The notes: generated from the sequence alone by a model not told the origin. Shown: positions 1 through 11,515, counted from the first letter of the stretch. The stretch: 64,000 nucleotides of DNA from a virus (IMGVR_UViG_3300033070_001161:17222-81221), one strand, 5' to 3'. Numbers and translations are program-made.

Positions 1-1
1 G

Positions 2-3000
2 GCAAGGGGTATAAATCTTCAAAAAGAAGGTGAAGCTTTTATTCGCCAAGGTGATGTTCTTGAAGCAAAAGATAACGAAGCAGATTATATGCATAACTAT
101 CTTGCTGTTCGTATTAAACACGGTAGATATGATTTAGTGCAGGATGATATAGAGAACTTCAGACAACAAGCAGCTTCTCCTGAAGGGCTTAATATGCTGA
201 AACAACAAGGATATGCTAATGAGAATGACACTCAACAAACATTCCTTGCTCGTGTTAATAACTTTGAAAAACATGCTAAAAACATAGATTCTCTGTATCA
301 ATCACTTAATATGGTGTATGGTGCAAAGATTAACCAAGACGGACAGCGTGTATATTCAGATGAGGTAATTGATAAAATGGTGTATGTTGGCTCAAAAATA
401 GCCGACTATGAACAACGTATTCCTGAATTATCTCAGCAACTGCTTAGTAATCAAATAGTTCTGGGCGATACATTAAGTAATATCTATAAAAATGGAGTTC
501 CTTCTGCCGATGCTGTAAAAGATGCTATTAAACAGATAGACGATCTTAGTGTAATTGATAGTAAGAAAGATGAACTGAAGCAATCCCTCCGTGATGTAAT
601 TGAATTAACAGGTAGAAGGAAAGAGTTTCTTGATGAATTCAAAAAACTTAAAACCTCTCCTGAGTCTTTTACTACAGTAACAGAACCCACTACTACCACC
701 GCTACCACTGACAAAAAGAAGATTAAACTCAAGACAAAAGATGGTGAAGAAGAGCTGGAAGTAGGCACTGAATATTTTGCAGGTTCCCAAGTTATAGAAT
801 CTAAAGAAGGTGTAGTATATGAAAAGTTCCCAAGATTTACAATAATAGGCGAGAATGAAGACGGTTCTGTTAAAATAAAAACATCAAATGGCGATATTTT
901 AGATGTAAAGAAAGATGCATTTTCTAAATATAAATTTGGTAAAGTTTCAGATACTGAAAAACATCCAAATGCAATGTTTTACGTTGAAGCTTCTGATACT
1001 ATATTTACATTTAATATGGGGAAAAAGGATAAAAACCCAAGAGGTAGATTGTCCTATGATCCTAAAACAGATAAATTATATTTTATAACATTAGATGGTA
1101 AAAAGACAATTGCTGTAACAAGGGATCAATTTTCACCTAAAAAAGGATATAGTATTGCTCAAATTTATTCTTCTGATAAACTAACACCTAAAGCAGAAGA
1201 GGCTTTAAAGCAAGAAGTTAATTTATCTGAAATACAAGAAAAGCGTGAGGCTAGACTTAAAATCATCTCTGAACTCAGAGAAGCTGCTTATGATAGACTT
1301 GATAAATTAACAGATAAGATTTCTCAAAAGAAAGAACAACTTGAAGGAGTTGAGAAAAACCTTAAAGAACTCGAAGAAAAGCTTCAAAAAGATGACAATT
1401 TCCGTAAAAATGGAAAAGGATTCAAAAAAGCTGGTAAAGAGGTAATCCGTCAGTTGAATATTCTGAGTGGAATGAGAACCCTTTTGAGTAGAGAAATAGA
1501 AGAACTTACTGCTGAACAGGAGGAAGTTGAATTTAACATATCCTATTTTGAGGATATGGGTCAGAATATTGATGAACTTCCTACAGATAGCAAAGACTTC
1601 ATAGAAGAACTTAATAATCAAGTGCTTGATCTTCAGATACTTTATGAAGAAACAGGCAAACAAATCAATTACTTATCAGGCGTATTAAGTAAGGTGGAAG
1701 ATGCGTTGAAAACAGCAGTTGATTTTGCTCTCAATCTTATTCAAAAATTTGAGAAAAAATATCCCGGATTACCCATAGCACCTGAAGCCCTTAGAAGTTT
1801 CTTAAATAAAGACTTGGAATTTAAAGGAACATGGCCTGATTATCAATCATATCTTACTGCCAATCCTAATCTTCTTTCTGATCTCAGGGAGTTTGATAGG
1901 GAACTTGCAGATATTGATGATCTGGATGTTATTCCTAATGAGCGTTCAGTAAAAGAACTTCAAGATAATATTGCTGATCTTAATAAACAACTTGCACAAT
2001 ATGAAAAGGAAATAAAAGCAAAGTCTGCAATTCTTGATAAATTTGAGGATATTGCAAAAGAATATAAACGCAAGGAAGAAGCTAAGCGTCAATATGAAAA
2101 AGATAAAGCTCTTCACGATGCTTTGTTCAAAGCACAATCTCAATTATCTGAGCAACCTTCAGATGATAGTACAGATGATGAGCTTGCTAAAATAGAAACA
2201 AAAGATAAAGAGGCTTCTAAAAAGAAAGACCTTTCTATCTATCCTATTTCTACAATAGCACCATCAAGGGAAACTGATCCTGAATTTGAGAATAAACCTC
2301 ATCTTTTAAGAGAGGAGAAATTTTTAAATAATTATGCTGCTGGTCTTCTTAAAGATGAAAATGGTAATGATATTACCCCTGATTTAAGAGTGCTTGTTAT
2401 ACATAGAAATAATCAAGCAAAATATGGACTTGACGGACTTGTAGAATTACGTAATCCCAAACAAGCCGATGAATCAGAAGAAGCATACGATAAAAGACTT
2501 ACAAATGCTGAAAGTGGAACAATTCTTTATTTATACATAAAGAAAGGGGAAGGAGAATGGGAAGTAATAGATGAAAATGGTAAGAAAATAGGAAGCTTTG
2601 ATAATGAGTTTAATCCTTCAGGAATTGATATAAATAAGGTGGTAACATCTACAGCTCCAGCAGCTAAAATATCACTTAAAGCAGGATCATTTACTAATAA
2701 AGATAACCTTAATTTAGCTGAAGTTGAAAAAGCTTGGCTTGAAAAAAGAAAACAATTATTAGAAGAGGGTGATTTACTCACTGTATCAGGAGTATCTCGT
2801 GGTGTAAAACAAGTAACAAGTACATCCGATAAGAATCCTATTACCCCTACTCTTACAGATTCAAAAACAGTTGATAAACAGCAAGTTATATTTGTATCTA
2901 CTTCGGATGTAATTAATACGCCTAATGATACTATTTATTATAAAGCAGGTAGACCTTATTTCCAAATAGGAGATAATGTTATTCTTTTAAATAATAGAAA

Positions 3001-6000
3001 TATTAATGAAAAAGAAGCAGATGCTATATTCTTAGTATTAAAAGAAGTAGCTACTAAATTCCAAGAATCAATCAAAGCAAATCGTCCTAATCTGGATAAG
3101 CAATTAGTTGATTGGTTAAATTCTATAATCTATTGGTATAGCCCATCTGAGAAAAATCCTACAGCACATAATCATCAGATTTATGTAAAATCTGGTAAAT
3201 TATTCATATCCGGCGTAGACACTGGTATATATTTTAATCCTGATAGCTTAGATGCTAATAGGAAACCTATTATCGAAACATTCCTTAAAGGAAATACCGC
3301 AGGACGGGGTACATATCACCATGTATCTCATAAAAACTTATCTTCAGATCAACCCTATATTGAGTACTACACTGAAGATGGTAAAACCTTAAAAACCAGA
3401 GAGCATAAATCATATCAGCATTATCTCATTGCTAATAACGTAGTGTCTACAAACGTAAGACCTCAAATGAGCGATACGGATAGCAACATTCGTGGTAGAT
3501 ATGCTATCACTGATATGGAACTCTCTCTTCCTAAAGAGGATGTTAAACCTCCCAAAGTTGAAAAAAAGGAAGAAGTAGTACAATCCTCTGGAAAACCTGA
3601 TAAACTTGCCGAAGCATTAGCTGTGCTTGCTGCAAATAAAGCTAAAAGACAAGCTAAAAAAGAAGGTGCTGCTGCTGAAGAAAAAGAAGAAAAATCAATA
3701 GTTCCATCTAAAGCCAATAGATTGAAATCTACAGATACAGTGTCTGTAAGTATAAAAGCTGCCGATCTTCTTGCAAAATTAAATGGTAAGGGATTTGTAG
3801 GAACTGATAGTAATGATGAAGAATATAGAAGAGTTGTAGAAAAAAGTATAGATAATGTAAAAAAAGAAGATATTGCTGCTGTAAAAGCGTGGTTTGCTAA
3901 AAATCTTCCAAATGTACCTCTCAATATTGTAGAACATATCCTCAAAACTACAGATGGTGGTTTTGCTTGGGGTAAGTTTTCAAGTGTGGGTGTTACAATG
4001 TATGAAAAAGCAAAAGAGGGTACAGGATACCATGAAGCATTTGAAGCAGTATGGAAAATGTTTATACCTGTTGAAGATAAGCAGAAGATAGTATCTGAAA
4101 TGAGACGCAGAAAAGGCTCATTCTATGATGCTATCACTGGTCAAAATACGGAATATAAATCAGCTACAGATACACAATTAAAGGAAAAACTGGCAGATGA
4201 ATTTGCAGAATATGTGCAAACAAACGGTGCTATTTCTGAAAAAATAAAAGGTCAACCTTGGATAATCAGAATATTCAGGGCTTTAAAAGAACTTTTTGAA
4301 AAACTTGTTTCTCCACAAAACAATATAGATCAATTATTTAGGAATATAAATAGTGGTCAGTATGCTACAAAACCAGTTAATCTGGAATCAGTGGTGGGGG
4401 ATGAATACAGTAGGGTGGCAGATTTATCGCATCAGCTTACAAAAGAACTTATGGAAGACATTACATCAAAGATTTTGAATAATTTCTTTGGTGCTAATGC
4501 TACATTATCTTTAGCTAATTTATCAGATAATAAGGAAATACCATTAGATGCCTATTACGATGCTATCAAACCTATGTTAGCTAATAAATTTGTATCAATT
4601 GGTAAACAAGCCCTCACTGAAGGTGATGAAGAACTTGCTCTTAATTTTTTAAGTATTGCTGATAATATCACCGATAATTGGGATGATGTTGTAAAATTAA
4701 ATAAAGAATATTTAAAAACATTTGGTCTTACAAGCAGTCATGAACAGGCATCTGATAATCTTCCTGAAAAGGTGAAAGAAGCAAAACAGGCTGAATTTGA
4801 AGATGATAATGATGGTATTCAAGATGATGATGAACCTGAATTTGAACAGGAGAATAAATCTCAATTAGAATATGATAGGGATATATTTACAATTTCTGGT
4901 AAGAAAAACGCTTCTGCCGGAATAAGGTTATTATTTGCTACACTTAGGGATGCTAAATTTATTCGTCAGTCTAAAGATGATGTGTCCGTAGTTCCAGCTA
5001 TAGAATTTGAAAGATCATCACTTAATGGATTCAAATTTGTGCAATATGCAAGAGTATTCAATCAAGTAGCAAACGCATTAGTTAATACTAATAAGATGGA
5101 AAATCTTATTAAAAAGCTTGTCAACCATGCTAAAACAAATGCTCCTATTGTAGACCTTTTAAGTCCTAATAAATTAAATATAAATAGAACAACAGGTAAA
5201 ATAAATTACAATTCATTATCATATAATGAATGGAGAATACTCTTGGATTTTGTAAAAACCATGAGTAAACAATCCCCTAATGCCCTCATATATGATATGA
5301 AAGGTAATACAGCCAAGCTTATTCCGGGTAATAAATATTCAGGAATTGAGCAAATTAAGAGGAATTTTGTAAAGAATGTAAAAAATAACAAAGAGTTATT
5401 CTCTTTTGATAAAAAGAAAAAGACATTTGTTGTCAATCCTGAATTCTTTAAAAAGAACCCAACACCAACCAATGACAAAGCATATATAGATTTTGCAAAT
5501 TCTATAGGTATTAAAACTGTAGACGGTGAATTATTATCGTTGGCTATGTTAAAAGCTATGCCTTTATTTCAAAAAGCAAAATTCAAAAGTGCTTTATCTA
5601 GGGTGTATACTCAATTAAAAAAACAAGACCCTTTATTTGATACATCAAATAAGGCATTACAGATTGAAACTCCTCTGAATGAAATAAGTATTGCTATCAT
5701 TTCCGCAACAAAAGATGACGGTTCTAACACCTTCTTAAACGTACTGAGAAAACCAGTACAGTCAGTGGTGTTGAATAACCCCCTGTCTACTTTCTTTAAT
5801 AATTTCAATTCTGTTTCCTCTCTCGATAATCTGCAAAAAGAGGAGCAAGGACTTACTGATGGGTTTTCTAAAAACTCAGTGATATTACAAAGAGGTGGTA
5901 GATTCTTTAACGAAGATGGTGATCGTACAGATGAGAAGATTGAAGTGGGATATATTGACGGTATAAAAACTCCAAGAAACTCTAAACAATCTTCTAAATT

Positions 6001-9000
6001 ATCCCTTATTCAAAGAAGACTCCTTTCTTTCAACCTTAATTTACAAGGTTGGTTTGTTCCTATCACAAATGGTGATAAGAAAACAGAATGGATACTATCT
6101 TTAGGTAATCATATATCTTTCAACCAAGTGGTTGCTGGAACTCACTGGGATTCAATATATTCTATATTTCATAACTATCTGAAAACAGAAATGGAAGTAG
6201 CACAAGTAGACGATGCTAACACATTAGCTGTTCTGGATAAACAAAAAAGGCGTGGAAATCTGAGGTTTTTCCTCAATATTCTTCCTGAAAATATTACAAA
6301 AAAAGCAAAAGTTGTAATAGATAATCTCGGAGATATTGATGAATTTATTGAAGAAAATGAGAAAAATATCAACAGTGCAATACGTAAATTCTTAGAAAAA
6401 GAAGCTAGTAGAACACGTACAGAGTTCCAGATATATAATATATTAGCAGTAGATGACAACGGAAATTATATATTTGATGGAATTGATGAAAAATTCGTAA
6501 TGGATAACATCAATGATCAGGGTGTAAATAAATTTAGTGAAGAGCAGGTTGATAATGTAATTCTCTATAGAACTGTTAATCAGGTGATTAACAATATAGA
6601 AATGCATAAACTTGTTATTGGCGACCCTGCATTTATGTCTGATCCTGCAAAACGTATTCCCGGAGCAATGGGTGGTGTAAATCAGACTACATATGGATCA
6701 CATGAATTTAATACGCATTTTTCAGCATTAGCAAATAGAACTGATGTTAATTCTAGCTCAATACAATTAGAACCTACTGATTTAGGATACACTCCTTTCT
6801 CAGATGATGTTTCTATTGTAATATATCAAGATGTTATCGTAGAAGGTAGGGTAGAAGGTAGTGACTATAAGAACACAAATGAAGTGGATGGTGGTTCAAA
6901 AATGAACCTTTCTGCATATAGAGAATTGAAAATAAGATCAGCAGAATGGACCGATGAACAGGAAAAACAATATCAATATCAAATGGCATTCTTCAGAGAT
7001 AGAATGTCAAAACAGGGAAAATATGACTATTCTTCAAAAGAATTAAAAGAACATGACGTTAACCTTTTAAAACAAGGTCAGCCTCAAGAAGGTATTTTTG
7101 AAATTATCAAACCTAAAGGATGGGGTCAGAATACAGCATCTCCATATAAAGATATAGTGTTCCTGAAAACATCAGCTCAACCTATTATCCCTACTGTAGC
7201 AAAAGATACAAACGATGAACTTCTTCTTCTGAAAATGATGAATGAAGGTATAAAAATTGCAGCTTTTGAATCAGCAGTAAAAGTAGGGGTACGTAGCACT
7301 GAAGCAGCATATGTAGATGGTAAGTTTAATGAAAATAAATACAACCCCGATGCAATACTCTATCCTTCTTGGAAAGATTTAGGTATTCAGGTAGAAACCC
7401 AATTCTCTCAAGGTAAGAATAAACTGACATTAGGTAGTCAGCTTACAACACTCGCTACACTTAACCTGTTATCTGGTGGTGTACCACAAGGATTTACAGC
7501 TACAGAATGGAGCAAACTTTCTGAAGAAGAAAGAATGGCAAAATCTGAAATATACAGAGAGGTAGTTACAAATAATCAGATTCTTGTAGAACTTACAAAT
7601 AATGGATATGTAGAACTTCTCGATAAATTAGGAATAGAAGAAGATGAAGATGGAAATTATGAAATAGTTGATTATCAACGAGTTGTAGATTTCCTTAAAG
7701 AACAGGCTCGTGACATGGATGATAATACAAAAGCTGCTCTTAAAGTGGACGATGTATTAAATTCATTAGCCGTACCTCTTGAGGCTATCCCTACATATAC
7801 TCAATTGAAAGCAATTCTTTATTCTATTGTAGATAAAAACATAGCATCTCCTAAAACATCAGGTATTGGTTTAGTGCAGATGCCGTCTACATTTACAGAA
7901 AATGAAGCGAGAACTACGCTTGTCGGTAATTCCACTTATAAATTCTATACAAAAGAAGAGCCTTGGATTGAGGTAAGTTTACCCGCATGGTTTAGAGATC
8001 ATCTTGAGAGATTTTATATTAATAATAAAAAACCCATTCCTTCAGAAGAAGAGCTGCTCAAATTATTGAATGATACTGATATATTAAATGGTATAGGTTT
8101 CCGTATCCCCACTCAGGAAATGAACTCTGTAGAGGTGTTTAAAATTAAGAGTTTTCTTCCTAAAGTGATGGGTAACACTATTATTGTACCTTCAGAAATC
8201 ACCACAAAAGCGGGTAGTGACTTTGACATTGATAAACTGAATGCGTATCTTAAAAATGTTATAATTACCAAAACGGGTAAAATATCCAAAGTAGCATCAT
8301 TTAATTCTCAGGAAGAAGCCGCTGATCATTTTGGAAGTGAATATGAAAATACTATTCAGAAGGAAATCAATAAAATTGAAAAATATGAAGATTTCCGTGA
8401 AACTCTTTTAGCTGTATTCAATGCAATAGAAAATATCAAGGGTGATATTACCTTAGATAAAATCAAAAAAGCACTCAATGAAAACCTTAAAGAATTCTAT
8501 GATGTGCATATGACTCTTCTTAATGAAATTATAGATCAAGCTGCTGAAGAACAATTAAATCCTTCAGAATATATTCAGAATCAGATAGATAGGCTTTCCC
8601 GTAAAAAAGGAAAACTTAATGCTAAGTTATTTAATGAACTGGCTAAAGAGATGTATATTAAAAAATATACAAGAAAATCTCTTGAAAACGCATACTACGA
8701 ATCCCTCGAAAGGCTTGTTCAGCTTCCTGAAAACTTTGAAAGGTTGATACAAATCAACACTACAAAAAATCTTGAAGAAATTAAGAATAACCTTAATAAG
8801 GCATTATTCACTGAGGATGAAATTAAACAAAATAACATCAATACAGGTGAAAAACTTGCATTGAACTATCTTCCTATTATCTCACCTTACACTCTGGATG
8901 AAATCAGGCATAATCTGGTTACAGGTAAGGATGGTGTTGGTATTGCTGCTGCTGCTCAAAAGAGCAACTCAATTATGCAACGTACTCAGGTAGTGATTGA

Positions 9001-11500
9001 TCCAAGTAGAGTGAATCTCCTTGACGATATTGATCCATTAAGAACACAATTAATAGGTGATGGTGTTATACGTTTTCCTCATAATAAAATTAATGGAAAA
9101 CCCACCATATCAATGTCTAAAACAGCAGATGGTAAAAAATATATTTCAGATATTATCTCTGAGTATATTAACGGATTTGTGGACGTTGTAAAGAATACAT
9201 TCATTATTGAAATGGGTGTTACCACTCGTACAGCAGGTACGTTCTTATTTATGGATAGACTTGGTAATAACACTGAACATACCACCTATTTTATGAACCA
9301 ACCTATTATCAGGCAATATTTAAAATTTCTTGATAAAAACAAGATAAATGGTATTAGACATAAAGAAAGTATAGGTGAAATTTACTCTACTTGGGGTGAT
9401 GTTAAGTATACAGGAAACGACACGCTTCCTACAGCTAATCAATTACTGGATAATATTAAAGAATATAAAGGAAAAAATAGGGATTTTAAGAATTTATCTC
9501 CTGAATTTGTAGAAGAGCAATCTAAAATATTTAATGAATTCCTGAAATATCAGGAGATGGCATCTGATTTATTTACCCTTATGCAGGGTATAAATTGGGA
9601 TACAGCCCACATGTCTGATCCTGAACAATTCCTTCTGAAGGATATTAATTACGATAAGGCAAACAACACCATATTCACTCCTGCTTCAGAGATATTGAAG
9701 AATGTATTTATTGGAAATACACGCCAAAAATTGATGGATTCTAGGAATGCAATAGGTGGTTTTATAGCCATAGAACATCCTAATGTACGTGAAGTGCTAG
9801 ATACATTAAAGCGTAAGTTCATTAGTATGAGCTTCTTCCCCAAGCCTGATGTATATAGTGCTATTGCTAAACGTATAAATAACTCCTTTTTAAACTATAT
9901 CTTACAGGTAAAAGGTGGATATAACAGAACTCAGATTGAGCAAGTTCTTTTGGATGAGCAAAATGGAGCAGCTTCACTACTTGAAGATTTACAAATTGCC
10001 ACTAAAAAAGATTCTGTTTTACATTCAATTCTGAAGCAATTCTCCATTGAAAGAAGAGGTAATGATGCTAATAGTGTAAAAGCTATTATATTCAAGAAAA
10101 GTGGTAATGATAAATACGACAGAGATACTGATATTGACAATTTCAGAATTTTAAAAGAAAACGCATACACTCAGGAATTATATAAAAAACTGGTCAGGGC
10201 AGCTCTTTTACAATCTGGTGTACAGTATTCTCCTATTTCATATTCACATTTAATACCTTCTGAAGACTATGCAAAAGCACTATCTAGTCTTGTGAATAAT
10301 CTGTCTACATACACCGATCTGGATAAATTCCTCACATCTAAATCATTTGCTAGAAACAACTGGAGTAATTCAGATGTAGCTAAACCGTTGACAATCAGTG
10401 AGAAAATGAAGGGTGTATCAGATATGGGTACAGTGTGGGCTATTCCGTTTATTCTTCCTAAACAACTTTCTAAGTTCCCTAAAGGATCAATAATGAAATC
10501 AAGAATGTTCTTAGGAGAATATGCTAAGTATCAACCACTTAACTCAATGGGTAGAGAAATGGCTTTTGTGCCCGATCTTACATATATGATAAATAAAAAG
10601 GATGCGTTTGAGAAAAACAATCCTATTTTAACAAAAACATATCTCTACGAAATTGTCAAAGACGAAATGGGTAAACCTCTTACAATTACAGAAAATTACA
10701 AAAATAAACAAGATGAAGAGGTACAAAGTGTAAGTTATCTGTATAAAGCAATCAATGCTTGGGGAGATGGTATGTATGCACAAGAGTATTATGATGCTGA
10801 ACGTTCTTCACAAATTGAAAATAATACATTCAAAGTGGATGAAACAGTAGTAAATGATACAGCTATTTATACAGCATTACGTGGAAAATCTGTATCTTTG
10901 CAAAGTAAAAAAGAAATTAAAACAGAGCTTATAGAATCTTCTAATAAAGTAATAGAAGGAGATATCTTTAGTATAAAAGGAATTCCTGTTATTACCACTA
11001 ATTTAGGAGGTGTTCATGGGGCAGGATTAGCGCAAAAAGCTAAAAGTAAAGGTCTTATCAAGCAAGGAGATGGTTTATTTAAAGCAAATAATAACGTTGT
11101 TCAACTTCCTGTAAAAAAAATATGGAGTGATAATATGGCAATGAACAACAATATGAAACTACTTGCAGAAAGTCTTAATAAATTAGTAAAAGTAGCAAAT
11201 GAAAATAAAAATAATACGTATTTATTACCACTCGCTGGACTAGGGCATGGTGAAGGAAAAGTCAGTGAAATAATGCCACTTTTAATTTCAACGTTACAAG
11301 CTTCTGAAAATATTAAATTAATATTACCTACAGAAGATATTTCTTTAGGTAGACAAGCTACTGTAAGAAAAGATGAAACTAGAAAAAAACTACCTGAAAT
11401 AAAAACAATGTTAGAAAAAGCAGGATTTATTAAAAGTAATAAGATAAATACTTCTGATAATAAATCAACTCAGGATAAAATAAACGACTGTTTAGGATAA
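2..11500 (+). CDS. Giant virion-packaged (ejected) RNA polymerase polyprotein, crAss-like; 5' end lies outside the window
   Basis: The frame is open from base 2 (ARGINLQKEG...) through the ATG at 89. It has the catalytic motif AGSDFDIDKL (DFDID at 8219-8233), typical of crAss-like virion RNAPs, preceded by GIGFRIPTQ. It also has a zincin-like HEAFE...EKLADEF region (4031 onward) and a C-terminal macrodomain. At least 3800 aa. Confidence 0.93.
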   Translation, partial: ARGINLQKEGEAFIRQGDVLEAKDNEADYMHNYLAVRIKHGRYDLVQDDIENFRQQAASPEGLNMLKQQGYANENDTQQTFLARVNNFEKHAKNIDSLYQSLNMVYGAKINQDGQRVYSDEVIDKMVYVGSKIADYEQRIPELSQQLLSNQIVLGDTLSNIYKNGVPSADAVKDAIKQIDDLSVIDSKKDELKQSLRDVIELTGRRKEFLDEFKKLKTSPESFTTVTEPTTTTATTDKKKIKLKTKDGEEELEVGTEYFAGSQVIESKEGVVYEKFPRFTIIGENEDGSVKIKTSNGDILDVKKDAFSKYKFGKVSDTEKHPNAMFYVEASDTIFTFNMGKKDKNPRGRLSYDPKTDKLYFITLDGKKTIAVTRDQFSPKKGYSIAQIYSSDKLTPKAEEALKQEVNLSEIQEKREARLKIISELREAAYDRLDKLTDKISQKKEQLEGVEKNLKELEEKLQKDDNFRKNGKGFKKAGKEVIRQLNILSGMRTLLSREIEELTAEQEEVEFNISYFEDMGQNIDELPTDSKDFIEELNNQVLDLQILYEETGKQINYLSGVLSKVEDALKTAVDFALNLIQKFEKKYPGLPIAPEALRSFLNKDLEFKGTWPDYQSYLTANPNLLSDLREFDRELADIDDLDVIPNERSVKELQDNIADLNKQLAQYEKEIKAKSAILDKFEDIAKEYKRKEEAKRQYEKDKALHDALFKAQSQLSEQPSDDSTDDELAKIETKDKEASKKKDLSIYPISTIAPSRETDPEFENKPHLLREEKFLNNYAAGLLKDENGNDITPDLRVLVIHRNNQAKYGLDGLVELRNPKQADESEEAYDKRLTNAESGTILYLYIKKGEGEWEVIDENGKKIGSFDNEFNPSGIDINKVVTSTAPAAKISLKAGSFTNKDNLNLAEVEKAWLEKRKQLLEEGDLLTVSGVSRGVKQVTSTSDKNPITPTLTDSKTVDKQQVIFVSTSDVINTPNDTIYYKAGRPYFQIGDNVILLNNRNINEKEADAIFLVLKEVATKFQESIKANRPNLDKQLVDWLNSIIYWYSPSEKNPTAHNHQIYVKSGKLFISGVDTGIYFNPDSLDANRKPIIETFLKGNTAGRGTYHHVSHKNLSSDQPYIEYYTEDGKTLKTREHKSYQHYLIANNVVSTNVRPQMSDTDSNIRGRYAITDMELSLPKEDVKPPKVEKKEEVVQSSGKPDKLAEALAVLAANKAKRQAKKEGAAAEEKEEKSIVPSKANRLKSTDTVSVSIKAADLLAKLNGKGFVGTDSNDEEYRRVVEKSIDNVKKEDIAAVKAWFAKNLPNVPLNIVEHILKTTDGGFAWGKFSSVGVTMYEKAKEGTGYHEAFEAVWKMFIPVEDKQKIVSEMRRRKGSFYDAITGQNTEYKSATDTQLKEKLADEFAEYVQTNGAISEKIKGQPWIIRIFRALKELFEKLVSPQNNIDQLFRNINSGQYATKPVNLESVVGDEYSRVADLSHQLTKELMEDITSKILNNFFGANATLSLANLSDNKEIPLDAYYDAIKPMLANKFVSIGKQALTEGDEELALNFLSIADNITDNWDDVVKLNKEYLKTFGLTSSHEQASDNLPEKVKEAKQAEFEDDNDGIQDDDEPEFEQENKSQLEYDRDIFTISGKKNASAGIRLLFATLRDAKFIRQSKDDVSVVPAIEFERSSLNGFKFVQYARVFNQVANALVNTNKMENLIKKLVNHAKTNAPIVDLLSPNKLNINRTTGKINYNSLSYNEWRILLDFVKTMSKQSPNALIYDMKGNTAKLIPGNKYSGIEQIKRNFVKNVKNNKELFSFDKKKKTFVVNPEFFKKNPTPTNDKAYIDFANSIGIKTVDGELLSLAMLKAMPLFQKAKFKSALSRVYTQLKKQDPLFDTSNKALQIETPLNEISIAIISATKDDGSNTFLNVLRKPVQSVVLNNPLSTFFNNFNSVSSLDNLQKEEQGLTDGFSKNSVILQRGGRFFNEDGDRTDEKIEVGYIDGIKTPRNSKQSSKLSLIQRRLLSFNLNLQGWFVPITNGDKKTEWILSLGNHISFNQVVAGTHWDSIYSIFHNYLKTEMEVAQVDDANTLAVLDKQKRRGNLRFFLNILPENITKKAKVVIDNLGDIDEFIEENEKNINSAIRKFLEKEASRTRTEFQIYNILAVDDNGNYIFDGIDEKFVMDNINDQGVNKFSEEQVDNVILYRTVNQVINNIEMHKLVIGDPAFMSDPAKRIPGAMGGVNQTTYGSHEFNTHFSALANRTDVNSSSIQLEPTDLGYTPFSDDVSIVIYQDVIVEGRVEGSDYKNTNEVDGGSKMNLSAYRELKIRSAEWTDEQEKQYQYQMAFFRDRMSKQGKYDYSSKELKEHDVNLLKQGQPQEGIFEIIKPKGWGQNTASPYKDIVFLKTSAQPIIPTVAKDTNDELLLLKMMNEGIKIAAFESAVKVGVRSTEAAYVDGKFNENKYNPDAILYPSWKDLGIQVETQFSQGKNKLTLGSQLTTLATLNLLSGGVPQGFTATEWSKLSEEERMAKSEIYREVVTNNQILVELTNNGYVELLDKLGIEEDEDGNYEIVDYQRVVDFLKEQARDMDDNTKAALKVDDVLNSLAVPLEAIPTYTQLKAILYSIVDKNIASPKTSGIGLVQMPSTFTENEARTTLVGNSTYKFYTKEEPWIEVSLPAWFRDHLERFYINNKKPIPSEEELLKLLNDTDILNGIGFRIPTQEMNSVEVFKIKSFLPKVMGNTIIVPSEITTKAGSDFDIDKLNAYLKNVIITKTGKISKVASFNSQEEAADHFGSEYENTIQKEINKIEKYEDFRETLLAVFNAIENIKGDITLDKIKKALNENLKEFYDVHMTLLNEIIDQAAEEQLNPSEYIQNQIDRLSRKKGKLNAKLFNELAKEMYIKKYTRKSLENAYYESLERLVQLPENFERLIQINTTKNLEEIKNNLNKALFTEDEIKQNNINTGEKLALNYLPIISPYTLDEIRHNLVTGKDGVGIAAAAQKSNSIMQRTQVVIDPSRVNLLDDIDPLRTQLIGDGVIRFPHNKINGKPTISMSKTADGKKYISDIISEYINGFVDVVKNTFIIEMGVTTRTAGTFLFMDRLGNNTEHTTYFMNQPIIRQYLKFLDKNKINGIRHKESIGEIYSTWGDVKYTGNDTLPTANQLLDNIKEYKGKNRDFKNLSPEFVEEQSKIFNEFLKYQEMASDLFTLMQGINWDTAHMSDPEQFLLKDINYDKANNTIFTPASEILKNVFIGNTRQKLMDSRNAIGGFIAIEHPNVREVLDTLKRKFISMSFFPKPDVYSAIAKRINNSFLNYILQVKGGYNRTQIEQVLLDEQNGAASLLEDLQIATKKDSVLHSILKQFSIERRGNDANSVKAIIFKKSGNDKYDRDTDIDNFRILKENAYTQELYKKLVRAALLQSGVQYSPISYSHLIPSEDYAKALSSLVNNLSTYTDLDKFLTSKSFARNNWSNSDVAKPLTISEKMKGVSDMGTVWAIPFILPKQLSKFPKGSIMKSRMFLGEYAKYQPLNSMGREMAFVPDLTYMINKKDAFEKNNPILTKTYLYEIVKDEMGKPLTITENYKNKQDEEVQSVSYLYKAINAWGDGMYAQEYYDAERSSQIENNTFKVDETVVNDTAIYTALRGKSVSLQSKKEIKTELIESSNKVIEGDIFSIKGIPVITTNLGGVHGAGLAQKAKSKGLIKQGDGLFKANNNVVQLPVKKIWSDNMAMNNNMKLLAESLNKLVKVANENKNNTYLLPLAGLGHGEGKVSEIMPLLISTLQASENIKLILPTEDISLGRQATVRKDETRKKLPEIKTMLEKAGFIKSNKINTSDNKSTQDKINDCLG
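10946..11329 (+). other. Macrodomain (DarG/Poa1p/TARG1-like) at the C-terminus of the virion RNAP
   Basis: The sequence KVIEGDIF...TTNLGGVHGAGLAQ...LPVKKIW...LLPLAGLGHGEG follows the macrodomain pattern GDIF / N..GvmG.GiA / PTK..W / P.lG.G.G. Confidence 0.8.
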
Positions 11501-11515
11501 AACAATAAAATAATT

